DNA of 64,000 nt from positions 32,001 to 96,000 of the forward strand of contig CAWJJC010000023.1 in assembly GCA_963843145.1 (NCBI GenBank), given 5' to 3'. A model generated the notes under the pieces. That model made no database searches and was not told the DNA's origin. It saw only the letters and a program-made list of their open reading frames with translations. This document shows, piece after piece, positions 9,610 through 20,171 of the stretch; the first letter of the stretch is position 1, and each line of letters opens with the position of its first letter. A program made the position numbers and the translations under genes. This DNA is from an uncultured delta proteobacterium (GTDB lineage: Bacteria > Desulfobacterota > RBG-13-43-22).

Positions 9610-11417
9610 GTAGCCAAGGTTGCCCCCGGGTCCGGTCCCTGGATCAAACGATCAATGGTGTCTCCATCCAGGGATTCTTTTTCCAGCAGGCTCTGCGCTA
9701 AACGATGCAAGACCTCCAAATTTTCCGCCAAAATATTTTTTGCCTTTTCGTAACTTTCCAAAATCAGCTTCTTGACTTCCAGGTCTATTTTTCGGGCGGT
9801 TTCCTCGCTATAATCCCGGTGTTGGGCAATTTCCCGGCCCAGGAAAATCTGTTCTTCTTTTTTTCCAAAAGTCAAGGGGCCGAGTTCGTCGCTCATTCCC
9901 CATTCGCAGACCATTTTTCGCGCCAATTCAGTGGCCCGCTCCAAATCATTACCTGCCCCGGTGGTCAGTTGTTTCAGGACCAATTCCTCGGCCACCCGTC
10001 CGCCTAAAAAGATCACCAGGTTTTTCATCAGAAAATCTTTGGGATAGGTGTGTTTTTCGTCGATGGGCAACTGCTGGGTTAAACCTAACGCGCGTCCCCT
10101 GGGAATAATGGTCACTTTATGAATGGGATCCGTTCCGGGCAACATCTTGGCTACCAGGGTATGGCCGGCTTCGTGATAGGCGGTATTTCTTTTTTCCTCC
10201 TCGCTGATGATCATGCTCCGCCGCTCGGCTCCCATCAAGACTTTATCCTTGGATGTTTCGAAGTCACTCATATCCACTTTTTCTTTCCCCAATCGGGCTG
10301 CCAGGAGCGCCGCCTCATTGACCAGATTTTCCAAATCCGCTCCTGAAAAACCGGGCGTGCCCCGGGCCAAAATACTTAAATTCACCCCTTCGGCCAAGGG
10401 AGTTTTCCGGGTATGAACCTTAAAGATTTCTTCCCGCCCTTTGACATCCGGCACCGGGACCACTACCTGCCGGTCGAATCGGCCGGAACGCAAAAGGGCC
10501 GGATCCAGAACATCCGGGCGATTGGTGGCGGAAATCAGAATGACGCCCTCAGTGGATTCAAAACCATCCATCTCCACCAGCAACTGGTTCAGGGTCTGTT
10601 CCCGTTCATCGTGTCCGCCGCCCAAACCGGCGCCTCGATGACGACCCACGGCGTCGATCTCGTCGATGAAGATAATACAGGGTGCATTCCGCTTGCCCTG
10701 GATAAATAGGTCCCGAACGCGGGAAGCCCCCACGCCCACGAACATCTCCACAAAATCGGATCCGCTGATACTAAAAAAAGGGACTCCGGCCTCCCCGGCA
10801 ATGGCTTTGGCCAGCAAGGTTTTTCCCGTACCGGGTGAGCCCATGAGCAGGACTCCTTTGGGGATCCGCCCGCCCAAACGGGTAAATTTCTTGGGATCTT
10901 TCAAAAAATCGATAATCTCCCGCAACTCTTCCTTGGCTTCTTCGATTCCCGCCACGTCATTAAAAGTGACTTTGGGCCCCTGGTCTGATTGGAGCCTGGC
11001 CCGGCTCTTGCCGAAGGCCATGGCCTTCCCCCCACCGGCCTGCATCTGGCGCATGAAGAAAATCCAGACCCCAATCAAAAGCAGCATGGGAAACCAAGAG
11101 ATCAGGATGGTCATATACCAGGGGGACTCATCCAAGGGTCTGGCCGTGATTCGAATCCCTTTGTCCCGCAACGTTTTTATCAGTTCGGGATCTCTGGGGG
11201 CGTAGGTCTTGAATTTTTTTCCCCCCACCAGAAAGCCCTGAATGTCATCCCCCTGGATGGTGACACTCAAAACCTCCCCTTTTTCTACGGAGGCTAAAAA
11301 ATCCGTGTAACTGACCGGCTCCTTGGTTGTCTGGGGCTTATTAAACAGATTGAAGAGCGCTATCATAACCAGGCTGATCACCAGCCATAAGGCCAAATTT
11401 TTATAAAAAGGGGTCAA
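9603..11417 (-). CDS. ftsH: ATP-dependent zinc metalloprotease FtsH
   Basis: Two TM segments, Walker [17 protein letters not shown] and the HEAGH zinc motif. Confidence 0.98.
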   Translation of the reverse strand: MTPFYKNLALWLVISLVMIALFNLFNKPQTTKEPVSYTDFLASVEKGEVLSVTIQGDDIQGFLVGGKKFKTYAPRDPELIKTLRDKGIRITARPLDESPWYMTILISWFPMLLLIGVWIFFMRQMQAGGGKAMAFGKSRARLQSDQGPKVTFNDVAGIEEAKEELREIIDFLKDPKKFTRLGGRIPKGVLLMGSPGTGKTLLAKAIAGEAGVPFFSISGSDFVEMFVGVGASRVRDLFIQGKRNAPCIIFIDEIDAVGRHRGAGLGGGHDEREQTLNQLLVEMDGFESTEGVILISATNRPDVLDPALLRSGRFDRQVVVPVPDVKGREEIFKVHTRKTPLAEGVNLSILARGTPGFSGADLENLVNEAALLAARLGKEKVDMSDFETSKDKVLMGAERRSMIISEEEKRNTAYHEAGHTLVAKMLPGTDPIHKVTIIPRGRALGLTQQLPIDEKHTYPKDFLMKNLVIFLGGRVAEELVLKQLTTGAGNDLERATELARKMVCEWGMSDELGPLTFGKKEEQIFLGREIAQHRDYSEETARKIDLEVKKLILESYEKAKNILAENLEVLHRLAQSLLEKESLDGDTIDRLIQGPDPGATLATA

Positions 11418-11490
11418 ATTTCTTCTCCTTCAACACTATTTCCTGTAATCATTTAAATTACCACAAAAACCCCTTGATCTCAAACCCTTT

Positions 11491-12894
11491 TTACGTTATC
11501 TGGAGCTTCAGGCGAAGGGCCTGTCGAGATTGTTCGTTCAAAGCAAAGGGGTCCCCGATTTCCAGACCGGCGACCCAAACAATCTCTCCTCCGGAAATGA
11601 TTAGCGGGATCCGGTCACGCTGGGACCGGGGTATTTTCCTATCTATAAAAAACCGGTGGACCTTTTTGGCGCCCCTTAACCCCAGCGGCCGGAAACGGTC
11701 ACCAGCCTGAGCATTGCGAACCAACAAAGGCCACCGGATTTTTCCCCAATCCACCAAAGCCTGGTCTTTAATGAAAGTCTTTTTGACCGTTTGGGGATCG
11801 ATTGGAACCTTTTCGAAGGAAAGCTCCAGACCAATTTCCCGGATAGTAAGCGTTCCCGGCCCATCGACCTGCTCGGAAAAAAGGCTTGGGGAGAGGGAAA
11901 CGGAAACGGCGGGTTGAAGAATTATCCGGTCGCGGTCCCAGGAGGCCTGCAGCCCTCCGGGTAGATCCAATCTGCCCTGGAGGGATGGGCCGCAAACCAC
12001 GTTTACCAAGGAAAGCAGGTGTACCGAACCGATTGACTTCAAATCCCCCTTAACCTGAAATATCGCCTTCTGAAACAGGCGGGAAAGGATGGCCGGGGGG
12101 AGTTTTTTTAAGCCACTCCGAGAAATTTGAACCCCCGCCTCCAGCGGCACCAGGACTCGGGCCGTAATTTGCTCGGTTTTTTCCTGCAGGAAAGCCTCAT
12201 CTTCCTTCAACAGGCCGGCCGTTCGATTCAATTGGGTAATGATATTAGGAGAGAACTTCCCCAATTCGGGCAACAATTGGTGACGCACCCGGGCCCGGAG
12301 AAAACGACGGTCCTTATTGGATTCATCCTCCAGGTAGGGGATGTCCCGTTCGCCTAAATAGGTCAGGATTTCCGTTCGGTAGGTGGCCAACAGGGGGCGG
12401 ATAAAGCCCTCGCGCTGTAAAGGAATCCCGGCCAACCCACCCAGTCCTGCCCCTCGGATCAAGCCGATCAGCACTTCTTCGGCCTGATCATTGGCGGTAT
12501 GGGCCAGGGCCACTTTGTCGGCCTTTTGATTCACAAAAAATGACCTGAAGACTCGGTAACGCAGCTCCCGGGCCGCTTCCTGGAGGGATAATTTATTCTC
12601 CTGCTGAAAGGCCTGGACGTCCACTTTGGAAGTGGAGAAAGAACAACCCCAGCGCCCGGCCCAACGCCGAACAAAATCTGCTTCCTGGTCCGCGGCTCGG
12701 CGTAACCCGTGATGGCAATAAAGGGCGATTACTTCCAAACCCCAGGGTTGGCGCAATTCATTTAAAATGGAGAACAGGGCCATGGAATCCGGCCCACCGG
12801 AGACTCCGACGATAATTCTGGATCCGGGCCCGAAAAGCCGGTTGTTTTCAATAAAACGCTTTACCGCTACGGTCAATGACGGCTTTCTGCTCAT
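11491..12894 (-). CDS. tilS: tRNA(Ile)-lysidine synthetase
   Basis: VSGGPDS PP-loop, AHTANDQAE, C-terminal GDRFRP...G domain, and position upstream of ftsH. Confidence 0.96.
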   Translation of the reverse strand: MSRKPSLTVAVKRFIENNRLFGPGSRIIVGVSGGPDSMALFSILNELRQPWGLEVIALYCHHGLRRAADQEADFVRRWAGRWGCSFSTSKVDVQAFQQENKLSLQEAARELRYRVFRSFFVNQKADKVALAHTANDQAEEVLIGLIRGAGLGGLAGIPLQREGFIRPLLATYRTEILTYLGERDIPYLEDESNKDRRFLRARVRHQLLPELGKFSPNIITQLNRTAGLLKEDEAFLQEKTEQITARVLVPLEAGVQISRSGLKKLPPAILSRLFQKAIFQVKGDLKSIGSVHLLSLVNVVCGPSLQGRLDLPGGLQASWDRDRIILQPAVSVSLSPSLFSEQVDGPGTLTIREIGLELSFEKVPIDPQTVKKTFIKDQALVDWGKIRWPLLVRNAQAGDRFRPLGLRGAKKVHRFFIDRKIPRSQRDRIPLIISGGEIVWVAGLEIGDPFALNEQSRQALRLKLQIT

Positions 12895-12959
12895 AGGTTC
12901 ACCGGTTTTTTAATTCGAAAATAGAATCGAACACCGCTTTTTAGGCGTTTTGTTTTTGC

Positions 12960-13077
12960 CGTCATCCCGGACTCGATCCGGGATCCAGGTGACCCATGAC
13001 CTTCACTGCCCTGGATTCCGGCCATTCGACAATGCTCATGGCCCTGAGCTAGCCGAAGGGCTTTCGCCGGAATGACG
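12960..13077. repeat. Composite REP-like palindromic element with a nested second palindrome
   Basis: GTCATCCCGGACTCGATCCGGGATCCAG ... CTGGATTCCGGC[39-bp insert]TTTCGCCGGAATGAC. Confidence 0.75.
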
Positions 13078-13237
13078 ACCTAACAAATTGAATAAACATA
13101 AATTTTCATGCCTCGGGGTGCCCGCCCCGGGCATGGGGGTTTAGTGCTTAATAATAATCCAATTATTTTTTGTTCGTCCTTAAGGATCCCCAAATTGCAG
13201 GATTCCCACAAGGTAATTATACCCTATTTAATAATGC

Positions 13238-13266
13238 TTGACCATTTGATCCGCTCCCTCTACAAT
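13238..13266 (+). promoter_or_regulatory. Putative sigma-70 promoter
   Basis: TTGACC-N17-TACAAT upstream of the ORF at 13317. Confidence 0.6.
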
Positions 13267-13316
13267 TTTTCAGGATAGATTCCCTTTATTCTTAAGATCG
13301 ACTGGAAGATAGCATC

Positions 13317-13589
13317 ATGGGGTCGGAATACCAAGTAATGGGTAAAATCATTGAAATTCGGGGGTCCGGAGTATGCTCCTACGGACACCAGGTCGGCGAG
13401 ACCTTTGAATTCAAGGAAATGGGGTCCGCCATCTGCCAGTGGGCGCAGAACAGTATCTTCCCTTTTTATACGGTACTCAAGTTCGGGGGGAAGTTCCCGT
13501 GGCTGAAGGACCCGGACCGCCTGCAGGTGTCTTGTCCGGACCCGGCCAACGTGGTCGTCTTTGAACTCTGGAGGGAAGAAAATAAGTGA
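13317..13589 (+). CDS. TIGR04076-like small Cys-rich protein
   Basis: GVCSYGHQVGETF, ICQWA and VSCPDP..VVFE pattern. Confidence 0.8.
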   Translation: MGSEYQVMGKIIEIRGSGVCSYGHQVGETFEFKEMGSAICQWAQNSIFPFYTVLKFGGKFPWLKDPDRLQVSCPDPANVVVFELWREENK

Positions 13590-14026
13590 AAATCATAGCG
13601 GTCTCCATCAGCGAACAAAAAGGAGTGCCCAAAAAAAATATCCCCCAGGGCTTGCTCCTGGAAAACTTCGGTTTGGAGGGTGATGCCCATGGGGGGCCCT
13701 GGCACCGCCAAGTCAGTTTGCTGGCCATGGAAAGCATACAAAAGATGCAGGATCTCGGCCTGAAGGTTCGACCCGGCTCCTTTGCTGAAAATCTCACCAC
13801 GGAGGGGATCAATTTACCGGCCTTACCGATTGGGACCCGATTGCGGATCGGCCCCGAATCTTTGGCGGAGGTTACCCAGATCGGCAAGGTCTGCCATGAC
13901 CGCTGCGCCATTTATCGCCTGGCCGGCGACTGTGTCATGCCCCGGGAAGGGATCTTTGTTCGAATTCTTAAGGGCGGCCCCGTAAAACCGGGCGATCCGA
14001 TAACCCTCCTCGAAAGAGAAACCTGA
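13586..14026 (+). CDS. MOSC domain protein
   Basis: GLEGDAH, RQVSLL, FAENLTTEG, TQIGKVCH..C and CVMPREGIF motifs. Confidence 0.93.
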   Translation: MKIIAVSISEQKGVPKKNIPQGLLLENFGLEGDAHGGPWHRQVSLLAMESIQKMQDLGLKVRPGSFAENLTTEGINLPALPIGTRLRIGPESLAEVTQIGKVCHDRCAIYRLAGDCVMPREGIFVRILKGGPVKPGDPITLLERET

Positions 14027-14040
14027 CCAAAAATATTTTA

Positions 14041-14427
14041 ATGGCACAGGTCCACCGGCTTACCGCTAAAAACTGCCTTTATTACCAACGCGGACATTGC
14101 ACCAAACCCCAGAACTCCATCCCCCCGGAGGAGGGAACCTGTCTCCTGATTGTGGAGCGAAAAAAAATCGGCCGTCAAGCCCTGGACCGTTTAAAGCGCC
14201 TGGAGCGTTTTGACCTTTCGCGACCGGGAGCGGACCGAATGATCGCTGAGAAGTACATCGTGGATCGGAACCTAAAGGAAATGACCAAAGTCCAATGTAA
14301 AAATTTTATCGACTCCGGGGTCAACTTCCCCCCCTGCCTGCACCAGGTCAGCACCGGATGCGCCCTGAAGATGAGACGTTGTCAGGGACGATGTCCGGAC
14401 TACGAAATAAAGCCACAAAACCCATAA
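14041..14427 (+). CDS. Cys-rich hypothetical protein
   Basis: 128-aa ORF in operon position with 8 Cys residues. Confidence 0.6.
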   Translation: MAQVHRLTAKNCLYYQRGHCTKPQNSIPPEEGTCLLIVERKKIGRQALDRLKRLERFDLSRPGADRMIAEKYIVDRNLKEMTKVQCKNFIDSGVNFPPCLHQVSTGCALKMRRCQGRCPDYEIKPQNP

Positions 14428-14456
14428 AAACCTCGTTAAAAAGGTATTAATAACCT

Positions 14457-15584
14457 ATGAACAACCTGGAAATCATCCACCGCGGCGACCCGAACGGCAA
14501 CGGATGGGTCATCCGCCTGCCCTTGCCTTCGGGCCGAACCCTCTTCGGACTGGCGACTGAGAACATTTACGGCGGCGACTGGGACCTGGGCCCCACCTGG
14601 AACTATGTCGTTCAGGGCGAGTTTCCCTTCTTAATCGATACGGGCCGCTTCGGTATGGGAGGCCGGTTGTTGGAAATGCTGAAGCAAACCGACCTTCACT
14701 CGGAAGATTTAAAAGGAATATTCCTTACCCATGGCCATGAGGACCACGACGGGGGATTACCGGAACTGGCCCGGGAAACCAGCGCTTCGGTCTGGGTCCA
14801 TCCTCTGTACGACCTCCTCCGTCGCTCTTACCCCAACCAGGCCCCTCTGGCCACCAAGGAGGACTTCTCGGCCTCCTGCTGGCATTGCTTCATGCCCGAG
14901 ACCTTTACCCAGTCCCATTGCCGGGAATACCACCGCCAGAGAGATGATTTGAAAACAAACCGCCTGGAAGGATTGCGCTTTCCGCTGGATGGAGCGGTTA
15001 ACCTGCATCATCTGCCGGGACACTGTCCGGACGCTTTGGCCTATCAAATCGGATCGGAAGCCCTGATTGTGGGAGATACCCTGCTACCGGACATCACTCC
15101 CCATCCTTCCCAGGAGGCCTTTTATCCACTCATCCAGCCCCTCCTGCCTCCAGAATTCCCACCCCTGTCGGCCTGTTATGGTCTGCGGGCTTATATCCGA
15201 TCATTAAAACGGCTGGCGGTCTTGGGCCGGGATTACCCTGGGATGCAGGTCCTGCCGGCCCACCGCTTGTTTTACAATGACCGCTGGGGGATAATCGAGC
15301 TAAGGGAAAGAAGCGAAGAAATTATCGAGCACCACCTTCAGCGTTGTGCCTCGATCCTGGAGGTCTTGAAGAAGGGCCCGATGACGGCGGAGGAAATCGC
15401 CCGTGCCTACTACGAGGCAAAGTTGCTAAAGGGGTTCGGAATCAAGATGGCGGAAAATGAAATAAAAAGCCACCTGGAGTTACTGGAGCATAGCGGGGAT
15501 ATCCTTCGGTCGGGTGAAGGGATCGCCTCGGCCACCGGGAAAACCGATTTTGAAAACTATATTCAACGGATCGAGGCCGATTGA
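14457..15584 (+). CDS. MBL-fold metallo-hydrolase with a C-terminal winged-helix-like region
   Basis: LIDTG, THGHEDHDGG, PGHCPD, GD and LPAH motifs. Confidence 0.9.
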   Translation: MNNLEIIHRGDPNGNGWVIRLPLPSGRTLFGLATENIYGGDWDLGPTWNYVVQGEFPFLIDTGRFGMGGRLLEMLKQTDLHSEDLKGIFLTHGHEDHDGGLPELARETSASVWVHPLYDLLRRSYPNQAPLATKEDFSASCWHCFMPETFTQSHCREYHRQRDDLKTNRLEGLRFPLDGAVNLHHLPGHCPDALAYQIGSEALIVGDTLLPDITPHPSQEAFYPLIQPLLPPEFPPLSACYGLRAYIRSLKRLAVLGRDYPGMQVLPAHRLFYNDRWGIIELRERSEEIIEHHLQRCASILEVLKKGPMTAEEIARAYYEAKLLKGFGIKMAENEIKSHLELLEHSGDILRSGEGIASATGKTDFENYIQRIEAD

Positions 15585-16281
15585 TTCGAGGGAAGATCCT
15601 TATAATCTAAAAAATATATCTCTTTAGTAACCTGAACCGCTTCCGTTTTCCCCCCTCCAAACCGGGTCATCGTCTCGGCAGCCAGTAATAGTCCCTCCTG
15701 GATAGGCTCTTTATCAACCCCTGGGACGGCGTAGGCATAAAAAAGCACCCGGCGGGTGTTTTCGGAAACCCGTGTTTTTTCGTCCGCCCCTGGCAGAGAA
15801 CGCAAACAATATCCTTTTCGTCCCGAAGCACGATCTCCCGGTCCTTCAGTAGAAATTCCCTCTTGCCCAGGCCTCGGCAGACTTCCCCTTCTCCGGCCAG
15901 GTCCAGCAACAAAGCTCCTCTAAAACAATCGGCATCCGTCACGGCCACCAGGATGCCGGCGCACATTTCGGCCATAAAATGGGCGTCGATCATTAGATTA
16001 TAGCGGGGAAAACCGCTTTGGATGGTCCGCTTCAAGTGCTTGGGTAGAGGGCACTCATAACCGAAGGAATGAAAAAACCGGTCGTAGGCCTCGATACGTC
16101 CGGTAATCCGGGCCAGGGTTTCCTTCTTCCGCATGAGACGCAGGTGCTTGCGCTTAAATTCATCAAAACCCGGGGGATTGAGCGGGTTTAGGCAATCCGA
16201 TATCAACGCCAGTCCAAAAGCGAGACCGGGATAGGCGGCCTTATAAGCTTCCGAAATCGAAAATTCAAGAGAAGTAGTCAT
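15563..16281 (-). CDS. B3/B4 (PheRS-beta editing-like) domain protein, frameshifted near 15788
   Basis: The two ORFs join as CVLCQ-GADEKTRV if one G is added to a G run. Has FPRYNLMID and LRDEKDI segments. Confidence 0.7.
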
Positions 16282-16333
16282 TGTCTTGGCCCCGTTGGCG
16301 GACTGCTGATCGAGACACTCCCATCTCCCCCTT

Positions 16334-17408
16334 TCAGGCGATTTTCACCACCCAGCCGAAGGGATCTTTTTTATCTCCATACTGAATGCCCGTTATTTCG
16401 TCATAAAGCCGTTGGGCCAGCGGTCCGGTTTTCCCGTCGGCCACGGGAATAACCTGCTCCTGGAAGCCGATTTCGCCCACCGGGGAAATTACCGCCGCCG
16501 TGCCGGTGGCGAACATCTCCTTCAGCTTGCCGTCTTGGGAGGTCTTTAGTACCTCATCGATGGTAATGGGACGCTCGGTCACTTTGATCCCCCAGTTTTT
16601 CGCCAGGTGGATAACGGAGTCCCGGGTCACGCCGGGGAGGATTGTCCCGGCCAAAGGGGGAGTAATCAGTTCATCCTGGATCAGGAAAAAAATATTGCTG
16701 GTTCCCACTTCTTCCACATACTTATGCTCGGCTGCGTCGAGCCAGAGCACCTGGGTGTAGCCCATCTCCTGGGCTTTGGAGGCGGCAAACAGGCTGGCGG
16801 CATAGTTCCCGCCGGTCTTGGTCTCGCCCACGCCGCCTTTGGCGGCCCGAACATACGATTTGGTAACGTAGATCCGGGTGGGGCTGAAACCCTCCGGGTA
16901 GTAGGGACCCACCGGCCCGAGGATGATGAAAAAAAGATAGCGGCTGGAGGGCTTGACTCCCAGGGCGGCCTCGGTGGCGATCATAGTCGGACGAATATAT
17001 AAGGAAGTCCCCGGAGAGGAGGGGATCCAGTCTTGGTCCAAAAGGATAAGCGCTTTCATCCCTTGCATAAAAATATCCGGATCCGTCTCCGCCATGCACA
17101 GGCGCCGAGCCGACCGATTCCAGCGCTCAATATTCTTGTCCGGGCGAAAAAGGGCAATGGTCACCGTCAGTCCAGCGGTAGGCCTTCAACCCTTCAAAGA
17201 TCTCCTGGCCGTAATGAAGTACCATGGCCGAAGGGTCCAGTGAAAGGGGTCCGTAGGGCACGATCCGAGGGTCGATCCAGCCCTTTCCCTTTTCGTAATC
17301 CATAAGAAACATATGGTCGGTGAAATATTTTCCAAAGCCCAGTTCAGACTCGCTTTTCGGCCTCGGCCGCCGGCCGATGGTGGTAGATTTGGTGATAGGG
17401 ATTTCCAT
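16334..17408 (-). CDS. ilvE: Branched-chain amino acid aminotransferase, frameshifted near 17160
   Basis: The N-terminal part (LGFGKYFTDHM, LHYGQEIFEGLKAY) and the C-terminal part (YIRP, KTGGNY, EEVGTSN, ILPGVTR, GTAAVISP) lie in different frames. Confidence 0.93.
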
Positions 17409-17596
17409 GAATCAACACTCCTCCCGAACAGTATTTATTTCGAAATCTAAAGAAACTTACTCCCTATCTTTTCTTTACCACTTTTTCAATCGAATATCCA
17501 CCCTTTCAGAGATGTTGAAATTTCCAATTAAATGTATTATTATTAAGAAAAAGGGCTGAGCGGGCCCTTCACTTATATATATACAGGGAGAAAAAA

Positions 17597-17848
17597 ATGA
17601 CCCATCACGAACCTTCCCCGGCTCCAGAAGAAAAGGCTGACTTTTTTACCGCCGAGATGGAAGACGGCGAACTGGTTATGAAACCCTTCTGTAAATGCGG
17701 CAACATCCTGGATGAAAAATATTTCTGTGAGAAATGTCAACGCCAATGCCTGTGCACCGACATTATCTGCGCCGATGAAACCACCTTCCGCTTTGTCCAG
17801 GACAACCCCCCGTTTAAGAAGTTCAGGTTCTTTCTGGCCTCAAAGTAA
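17597..17848 (+). CDS. Small zinc-finger-like hypothetical protein
   Basis: Good SD sequence. Contains CKCG..L ... CEKCQRQCLC. Confidence 0.7.
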   Translation: MTHHEPSPAPEEKADFFTAEMEDGELVMKPFCKCGNILDEKYFCEKCQRQCLCTDIICADETTFRFVQDNPPFKKFRFFLASK

Positions 17849-17977
17849 CTAATAAAATTACTTTTTTAAGCAGCCGCCGTTTCGCCTGTCGGCCAGGGAT
17901 GAGGCCGAAGTCTCAGCCCATATCCAATCAACCCCTCGTCTCCAATTTTGATATTTATAATGAAAGGAAACCCAACG

Positions 17978-18847
17978 ATGGAAGACCATAAACCGGCTAT
18001 TAAACCCGCTGACCGGGGCGAATCGATCATGCCGATTCACGGCACTTTTAATTTCCAGTGCGGCCCCGGGGTCACCTGCTTCACGAATTGTTGCCGCGAC
18101 GTCACCATCTTTTTGACCCCCTATGACATCCTGCGGATGAAAACTGCCTTGGGAATCTCTTCCGAAGATTTTATCGCCCAGTATGCCCTGCCTATGACCG
18201 GAACCGACTCCGGTCTTCCTATTTTTATCCTGAAAATGGGCGAGGGCCCCGAGAAACGCTGTGCTTTTGTCGATCCCCAGAAAGGGTGCCGGGTCTATGA
18301 AGAACGCCCCTGGGCCTGCAGGATGTACCCCTTGGACAGCCGGGAAGGAGATGAAGGAGAAGAAGAGTTTTTCGTCACCGCCGACCCTCAAAAATGCCGG
18401 GGTCTATTGGCCGAACATTCCCTGACACCGGCGGAATGGGAAATAAACCAGGGTCTGAATGTATATAAGGAGGTAGAGGAACTTTTCAACCAGGTGACTT
18501 CGGCCCAGCGAATCTGGGGAGACCATAAATTGGACGGCAAAGTCCAGAGTATGATCATCCTGGCCTGTTACGATACCGAACGGTTTCGAAAATTCGTCTT
18601 TGGAAGCAACTTTTTGAAACTCTTCGATCTTTCTCCTGAAGAAATCGAAACCCTGAAGACCGATGACCTGGCCTTGCTCAAACTCGGATTTAAATGGCTG
18701 CAATTCGGCCTCCTGGGAAAATCCACCCTGCCGGTGCGGGAAGAAGTCATCAAGGCTAAAGAGAAAGAACTGGGGGTTACTCTTCCTAAAGACGACGGGC
18801 TTTGGAAAAACCCGGAGATAAAGAAACCCCAGGGTCTTGGCCGTTAG
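17978..18847 (+). CDS. YkgJ family (CxxCxxCC) cysteine-cluster protein, paralog 1
   Basis: CFTNCC, LTPYD, CAFV...GCRVYEERPWACRMYP motifs. Confidence 0.92.
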   Translation: MEDHKPAIKPADRGESIMPIHGTFNFQCGPGVTCFTNCCRDVTIFLTPYDILRMKTALGISSEDFIAQYALPMTGTDSGLPIFILKMGEGPEKRCAFVDPQKGCRVYEERPWACRMYPLDSREGDEGEEEFFVTADPQKCRGLLAEHSLTPAEWEINQGLNVYKEVEELFNQVTSAQRIWGDHKLDGKVQSMIILACYDTERFRKFVFGSNFLKLFDLSPEEIETLKTDDLALLKLGFKWLQFGLLGKSTLPVREEVIKAKEKELGVTLPKDDGLWKNPEIKKPQGLGR

Positions 18848-18855
18848 TCAAAAAA

Positions 18856-19614
18856 ATGAACTCCCCAGAACCCTTTCAGTTCCTGGAAAAGGAGACTTTT
18901 TCCTTTGCCTGCCATCCGGGGGTGCCCTGCTTCACGGAATGCTGCCGGGACCTGCGGTTGATCCTGACACCTTATGATATTTTGAGATTAAAAAACCGCC
19001 TGGGTCTGCCTTCCGGCTCCTTTCTGGATGACTACACCGATCTCAAATTGGGTGAAACCAACGGCTTCCCGGCGGTATTTTTAAAAATGGAGGCCAATGA
19101 ACGTCGAACCTGTCCCTTCGTAACCTCTCAGGGCTGTCGGGTTTATGAAGACCGGCCCGGAGCCTGCCGGATCTATCCGGTGGGCCGGGGCGCATCCAAA
19201 AACGAGAGCCAGGGTCCAGCCCGGGAGATCTTTTTCGTGGTCCGGGAACCCCATTGCCTGGGATTTCAGGAAGACACCGACTGGACGGTCGAGGGCTGGT
19301 CCAAAGATCAAGGCCTGGAACGGTACAACTATTTTAATGACCGCTGGATGGAGATCATCACGCATCGGGGTTCCTTGGGAGCGAGCGAGGTTATCCCCAA
19401 GAAAATGCAAATGTTCGCCATGGCCAGCTATAATCTTGATCAGTTCCGGGGTTTTGTCCTGGGCAGTCGATTTCTCGCCCTTTTTGAATTGCCCGAAGAA
19501 ACCAGGGAGAAGATTAAAACCGACGATGAGGCGTTGTTAGCGTTGGCCTGTCAATGGCTTAAGTTTGCCCTTTTTGCTGAAAAGACCCTTACTCTGAGGA
19601 AAAACAATGAGTGA
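18856..19614 (+). CDS. YkgJ family cysteine-cluster protein, paralog 2
   Basis: CFTECC, LTPYD, CPFV...GCRVYEDRPGACRIYP motifs. Confidence 0.92.
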   Translation: MNSPEPFQFLEKETFSFACHPGVPCFTECCRDLRLILTPYDILRLKNRLGLPSGSFLDDYTDLKLGETNGFPAVFLKMEANERRTCPFVTSQGCRVYEDRPGACRIYPVGRGASKNESQGPAREIFFVVREPHCLGFQEDTDWTVEGWSKDQGLERYNYFNDRWMEIITHRGSLGASEVIPKKMQMFAMASYNLDQFRGFVLGSRFLALFELPEETREKIKTDDEALLALACQWLKFALFAEKTLTLRKNNE

Positions 19615-20143
19615 ATCCTGCCCCGGAGAAAAATACAAATCCGGCCTGCTGCCCCTTTCCGCCGGTGAAACTATCAAAGAAGAGGTCATCCGGGATAGAA
19701 TCCTCCGCCTTTTATTGAGCGAAAAGGGATATCAGGAAGAGGACCTGGAACTGGATATGCCTTTCAGCCTGGTTATAGGTCCGGATACCTTTTCGCTGAA
19801 GGCCTCCATCCTAATTCAATTGGGCGGAAAAAAGGTGATGCTGATCAAATGCGGCGCCGGCTCCATCCTGGCCCGGGAGCGGGCTACCCTCGCCCTGGCC
19901 CGTATATTCACCGACTATCAAATTCCCCTCAGCGTCGTGACCAACAGCGAAGACGCCACCCTGTTGAATACCTTGAACGGGGAAACCCTGGAATGCGGCT
20001 TGGCGGCTATTCCGGGAAGGGGGCAACTCCTCGATCGTCTGGAGGGGCTGTCTTTTGTGCCGCTCCCGGACAAACGTCTGAAAATGGAAAAGCAAATCTT
20101 GTCGGCCTTTGAGGCCCTGGGCCTGCATGGGGAATGCCGCTAA
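19607..20143 (+). CDS. Stand-alone HsdR N-terminal-like domain protein
   Basis: EEVIR..ILRLLL.EKGY, MLIKC and VVTN pattern. No helicase or methylase genes nearby. Confidence 0.75.
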   Translation: MSESCPGEKYKSGLLPLSAGETIKEEVIRDRILRLLLSEKGYQEEDLELDMPFSLVIGPDTFSLKASILIQLGGKKVMLIKCGAGSILARERATLALARIFTDYQIPLSVVTNSEDATLLNTLNGETLECGLAAIPGRGQLLDRLEGLSFVPLPDKRLKMEKQILSAFEALGLHGECR

Positions 20144-20171
20144 AACCGCTACTTGATCTGAATATCGGTTT

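Noticed and set aside
17127-17164. Programmed frameshifting in ilvE or yedF
   Set aside because: No slippery heptamer with a stimulator is evident, and similar indels are scattered across unrelated genes, which points to sequencing error.
19607-20143. Type I restriction-modification or other defence system
   Set aside because: Only a small HsdR_N-like domain is present, with no hsdM, hsdS or helicase and apparently degenerate catalytic residues.
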